Below are positions 60,324 through 64,000 of a stretch of DNA of 64,000 bases, one piece after another; position 1 is the first letter of the stretch; each line of letters starts with the position of its first letter. The stretch is from an uncultured Nitrospiraceae bacterium (GTDB lineage Bacteria > Nitrospirota > Thermodesulfovibrionia > Thermodesulfovibrionales > UBA6898): NCBI GenBank assembly GCA_963811165.1, contig CAWEQH010000004.1, positions 224,001 through 288,000 of the forward strand, in the 5' to 3' direction. A program made the translations under genes and the position numbers. The notes under the pieces are model-generated. The model made no database searches. It was not told the DNA's origin and worked only from the letters and a program-made list of their open reading frames with translations.

Positions 60324-60695
60324 ATGAACACCAGTGCGAACAGCAAAAAGAATGCAGCAAGGATTGAAAGGCAGCAACGGAAGCTCGACGCAGGTTCTAT
60401 GGTTGCCCAATTCCCAGAGGTTAAGGGCATCGCCATCAACATGATATACAGCCAGAGGGGCATACTGAAATCAGTGCCCAGGGTTGTTAATTTCTTTCCC
60501 GGCAGTTCTGCGTTGTTCAGGATAGACTGCCTGAAAAAGGAATGTACCAGCGGAGGGTTTGATCTCACCCAGGTCATCACCGGGATGATCAAAAACCGCA
60601 AAGAGGCCGCCAAAGGAGATCTCAGTTGCGAAGGCGTCGGTCCTTCTGCCGACCACTCAAATATTGCCTACGAAGTTGCCATACAATACGCATAG
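60324..60695 (+). CDS. Hypothetical Cys-motif protein (paralogue 1)
   Basis: FPEV..I.I.M...R.VNF.P.S.A.F..DC...EC..GGFDL..VI..MI.N....G.L.CEG...I.Y...IQY. GAGGAG RBS. Confidence 0.75.
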   Translation: MNTSANSKKNAARIERQQRKLDAGSMVAQFPEVKGIAINMIYSQRGILKSVPRVVNFFPGSSALFRIDCLKKECTSGGFDLTQVITGMIKNRKEAAKGDLSCEGVGPSADHSNIAYEVAIQYA

Positions 60696-60792
60696 AGCCG
60701 CTGCCCTTTAATCGGCAATCAACGTAGTCAAACTGTAACCGACCTGAGAAGCCGCTCCGTAGTGCAGCGGGACTTCATCTGAAAGGTGAATA

Positions 60793-61170
60793 ATGACATA
60801 CCGCGAAAAGTGCGATGAACGGACCGAAAGAACGCATCAGATGCATGCAGCAGACCTCATTTCCAAGCGCTTCCCCGAAATTTCGAGCATAGTCGTTGAC
60901 ATGGAACACCACAGGAGCGGAATAAGCCCGATTCTTATATTGCGGACTCTCAATTTTTCATCCGGAAGTCATGCTTATTTTCATGTCGAATGCCTGAATA
61001 GAGATTGTAAAGATTGTACAGAGGGGTTTGAGTTGGACCAGGTTGTTTCTACGATGATCAGGAACCATTCATCATCAACAGAGGGGCGGTTGAATTGTGA
61101 GGGGAACAGTCTTACTTCCGGTCATGTGAATATCAGCTATAAGGTCACAATACAGTATTATGAAAATTAA
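60793..61170 (+). CDS. Hypothetical Cys-motif protein (paralogue 2)
   Basis: Same pattern: FPEI...R.LNF..GS.AYF..EC...DC..C..GF.L..MI.N...G.L.CEG...ISY...IQY. Confidence 0.75.
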   Translation: MTYREKCDERTERTHQMHAADLISKRFPEISSIVVDMEHHRSGISPILILRTLNFSSGSHAYFHVECLNRDCKDCTEGFELDQVVSTMIRNHSSSTEGRLNCEGNSLTSGHVNISYKVTIQYYEN

Positions 61171-61621
61171 AAAAGACTTACGAAGTATCCGGCGGTGGCA
61201 GGATTACAATTTATCCCCATTATATGAGAACAAAGAGGAGGGGCCCTCAAAGTTGAAAATAAACTGTGCATAGATTGATGTGCAGTCATTCGTGCGATAT
61301 ATAGGGAAAAATTACCGTCAGCTCTAATTTCCCCATTCTGAGGGTAGGAAAGGGAAGAAACAGGTTCAGAAAATCGAATCTGTCGCGTTCTTTTCATGTC
61401 TAACGGGTCGAATCCTGCCCTTTATAAATAATTCTGCCTTAGCTATTTGATATAATTTAGTCATGACATACAGAAATTATGAACGCGACAAGGACGGCAG
61501 TATACTTATCGCAGTTTTTAAAGAACAATCCGATGTTTATTTGTACAGTGCGCACTCATGTAATCTGGGAACTGCTATTGATGGCAATGGATCATTCTGA
61601 TAAAATTATGGTAGGAAAGTT

Positions 61622-62782
61622 ATGATCGAAAAGAACGTAGCAAGTGATAATTTAATCGAGGTCGAGAACGGTTATCGTGCCTTCTCCGAAGAGTCCCCAG
61701 ACGGTATGTTGCTTTTCGATACTACTGGGAACATTATTAAATTCAATAAAGCTGCCCACCGACAGTTAGGTTACTCGCGAAAGGAGTTTGGAAGGCTGGG
61801 TATCCATGATATCGATCCCTTCGAAAGCGATGAAGGGATAAGGGCTAAAGTCAGTAAAGTGCTGGAGGAGGGTAAAGCAAAGTTCGAAGTAAGGCAGAAG
61901 ACGAAGAGCGGGGATTTAAGAGATGTTTACGTGGATGCGCGGATGGTTATTGTATCCGGGCGTACAGTTCTTTATACAACCTGGCGCGACGTGACTGATT
62001 TCAAACGATCGAGAGAATCGCTGAGAGATGCCATGAAAAAGGTCGATAACAAAAAAATCGACGCGGAGGCGATTATTGCAGCAATGGGTAACGCAATGGG
62101 CATGATGAGCCCAGATTTTAGGGTATTGTATCAAAACCCTGCGAGTATCGAGCTTATTGGTAACCATGTCGGCGAGTATTGTTATTCTGCGTTCGAAAGC
62201 AAGAATACTATGTGTGAGGGATGTCCTCTGGCTGCATCTTTCAAGGATGGAAAAATCCACACATCGATAAGACGCTTAGAGACCGACAAAAGAGTAAGAT
62301 ACTTCGAGAATACCGCGTCAGTAGTGAGAGATGCCGAGGGAAAAATCGTGGCGGGGGTCGAGGTGTGCCGTGACATTAGCGAACATAAAAGGGCTGAGAA
62401 TACACTTCTTCAGAGGATCGATCCATTTCAGCCCCCTGCCGAGGGGCCGATTTCGGCATCAAGAAAAATCTATGGCAGAGGCAAACGTAAGAGTTCCTCC
62501 CTTTCCATCCCCTTTAGTGTCGATATGAAGAGAAATAAAAAGATACCTCCTCGCCTGAACCTCTCGCGCAGGGAATATCAAGTGCTATGCATGATTGGTT
62601 CGGGAAAAAGGAGGAAGGAGATTGCGGAGGAGTTGTCTGTCAAACCTAAAACCGTTAGCACTTTTCAGAGCCGCATTCTTGAAAAGATGCAGTTGAAAAG
62701 CAACGCAGAGCTTATGCGCTTTTTTATAGAAAACAGATTAGCAGACTGGACTTACGATAAGATTAAGACCAAAGTAAATTGA
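61622..62782 (+). CDS. PAS-PAS-LuxR HTH transcriptional regulator
   Basis: Two PAS domains (second with CY...C..CP), LSRREYQVL..IG.G...KEIAEEL....KTVST...RI.EK. Confidence 0.88.
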   Translation: MIEKNVASDNLIEVENGYRAFSEESPDGMLLFDTTGNIIKFNKAAHRQLGYSRKEFGRLGIHDIDPFESDEGIRAKVSKVLEEGKAKFEVRQKTKSGDLRDVYVDARMVIVSGRTVLYTTWRDVTDFKRSRESLRDAMKKVDNKKIDAEAIIAAMGNAMGMMSPDFRVLYQNPASIELIGNHVGEYCYSAFESKNTMCEGCPLAASFKDGKIHTSIRRLETDKRVRYFENTASVVRDAEGKIVAGVEVCRDISEHKRAENTLLQRIDPFQPPAEGPISASRKIYGRGKRKSSSLSIPFSVDMKRNKKIPPRLNLSRREYQVLCMIGSGKRRKEIAEELSVKPKTVSTFQSRILEKMQLKSNAELMRFFIENRLADWTYDKIKTKVN

Positions 62783-62965
62783 CAAACGTAGTCGGACTAA
62801 TACGCAATTAATTTTGGCCATTGATTGTGAGTTTTTCCAGTAACTCCTCAGCAACACTCCTTTCGATTTTGCGTGAGAGGAGGTACTCAACATTTTCAGA
62901 TGCCTATCTTTCATTCCGAAATTATTAAGTAAAGCTCCTGAAAGTTACCGGATGCAGCGGGATCG

Positions 62966-64000
62966 TCAGGAAGCTTTGCGTCTGAGTTCGTCCGCGGCAG
63001 CGGCGATTATTCCGGCCGCACTGATAATTTCCTCTTCGGTATTGTCTTTGCCTACGCTTAGCCGTACCGAAGAGAGCGCGGCTTCATCGGACAGGCCCAT
63101 ACTTTTAAGGACAGCGGAGGGGACCTGCTCGCCGGAGTGACAGGCCGACCCGGTTGAAATGGCGACCTGGTCCTTTATCTTTTCGACGAGTTCATGTGAG
63201 GATATCCCCGGTATCGTGACGTTTGCCGTATTCGGAAGTCTTCGGGTTTTATGACCGTTAAGGGCCATCCCGGGGACAAGGGACCGCAGGTTGTCAAGGA
63301 GGAGGTCCCTGAGCCGGAGTGTGTGGGCAACGCGCAGTTTGATGTCCCTTTTGCCGATCCAGCATGCCTTGCCAAGACCCGTGATGCCGGCCACGTTTTC
63401 AGTGCCGGGCCTCAGTCCTTTTTCATGGCCCGCACCGAAGAAAAGGGGAAGGACCTGAGAGCCGGACCTGGCATATAAAGCACCCACGCCCTTTGGGCCG
63501 TAAAATTTGTGTGCCGCCACTGTGGCGAAATCTATCACATCGCCTGTGAGGCTGAACTGTAACTTCCCTAAAGACTGGGCCGCATCGATATGAAACGCAG
63601 CCCCATGGGCTTTGGCTATCGCGCCGATTTCCTCAATAGGCTGCAAGACGCCTGTCTCATTGTTTGCGTGCATGACTGAGACAAGAAAAGTGTCTTTTCT
63701 AAGTGAGCGCCTTACCTCTTCCGGGTCCACTATCCCGTCAGCGTCGACGGCCGCGTACGTGACCTCGAAGCCCAGGGACTCAAGATGACGACAGGTATTG
63801 GAGACGGACGGATGCTCTATAGAGGAGGTGATGATGTGCCCTTTTTTATGGAACAGGGCGCTCCCGATGAGGGCGAGGTTATTGGATTCGGTGCCGCCGG
63901 AGGTGAAATACACTTCATCAGCGCCGCACCCGAGGAAGTCGGCAACGTCCCTCCGGGCGTTCTCTACTGCTTCTCTTGCCTTTTTCCCTGCAACGTGACT
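62966..64000 (-). CDS. Cysteine desulfurase (IscS/NifS family), 5' end outside the window
   Basis: FTSGGTESNN, EHPSV, MHANNETG, HKFYGPKG, STGSAC. Confidence 0.93.
   Translation of the reverse strand, partial: SHVAGKKAREAVENARRDVADFLGCGADEVYFTSGGTESNNLALIGSALFHKKGHIITSSIEHPSVSNTCRHLESLGFEVTYAAVDADGIVDPEEVRRSLRKDTFLVSVMHANNETGVLQPIEEIGAIAKAHGAAFHIDAAQSLGKLQFSLTGDVIDFATVAAHKFYGPKGVGALYARSGSQVLPLFFGAGHEKGLRPGTENVAGITGLGKACWIGKRDIKLRVAHTLRLRDLLLDNLRSLVPGMALNGHKTRRLPNTANVTIPGISSHELVEKIKDQVAISTGSACHSGEQVPSAVLKSMGLSDEAALSSVRLSVGKDNTEEEIISAAGIIAAAADELRRKAS

Overview
A 64-kb bacterial chromosomal window. Its gene repertoire suggests an anaerobic Nitrospirota/Desulfobacterota-type organism (inference only). 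There are three blocks. (1) ~1.1-35.5 kb is a mostly minus-strand general-stress/dormancy island: xfp-ackA-HAD-glgP, two USPs, a B12 radical SAM, an eRF1-like protein, FtsH, RNase II, BON/OmpA/Spy/CsbD/DUF3309/CHRD/cupin/NRAMP/AI-2E genes and many tiny membrane proteins. It is organised by FOUR homologous ~150-bp modules. Each has a sigma54 -24/-12 promoter and, 101-102 bp away, a 31-bp 'palindrome of palindromes' CTGATATATCAG-GAGACTC-CTGATATATCAG. One palindrome copy contains the stop codon of a PAS-AAA+-HTH sigma54 activator, and two others carry decayed copies of that activator's 3' end. (2) 30.3-40 kb holds mlaEFDC, AsmA and cls lipid genes with a cluster of single-base frameshifts. (3) 40-58.8 kb is a plus-strand lipid/polyketide cluster: a ceramide-synthase-like GNAT, a permuted papain-like lipoprotein, a 2648-aa iterative PKS (ER-like x2-KS-AT-ACP x2-KR-DH), PPTase, GNAT, ABC exporter, EptA-like transferase and two B12 radical SAMs. 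It is followed by YihY, a cold-shock locus with two Cys-motif paralogues, a PAS-LuxR regulator and a partial cysteine desulfurase. No rRNA, tRNA, CRISPR array or intact transposase was seen. All family calls come from motif recognition by eye, not database searches.
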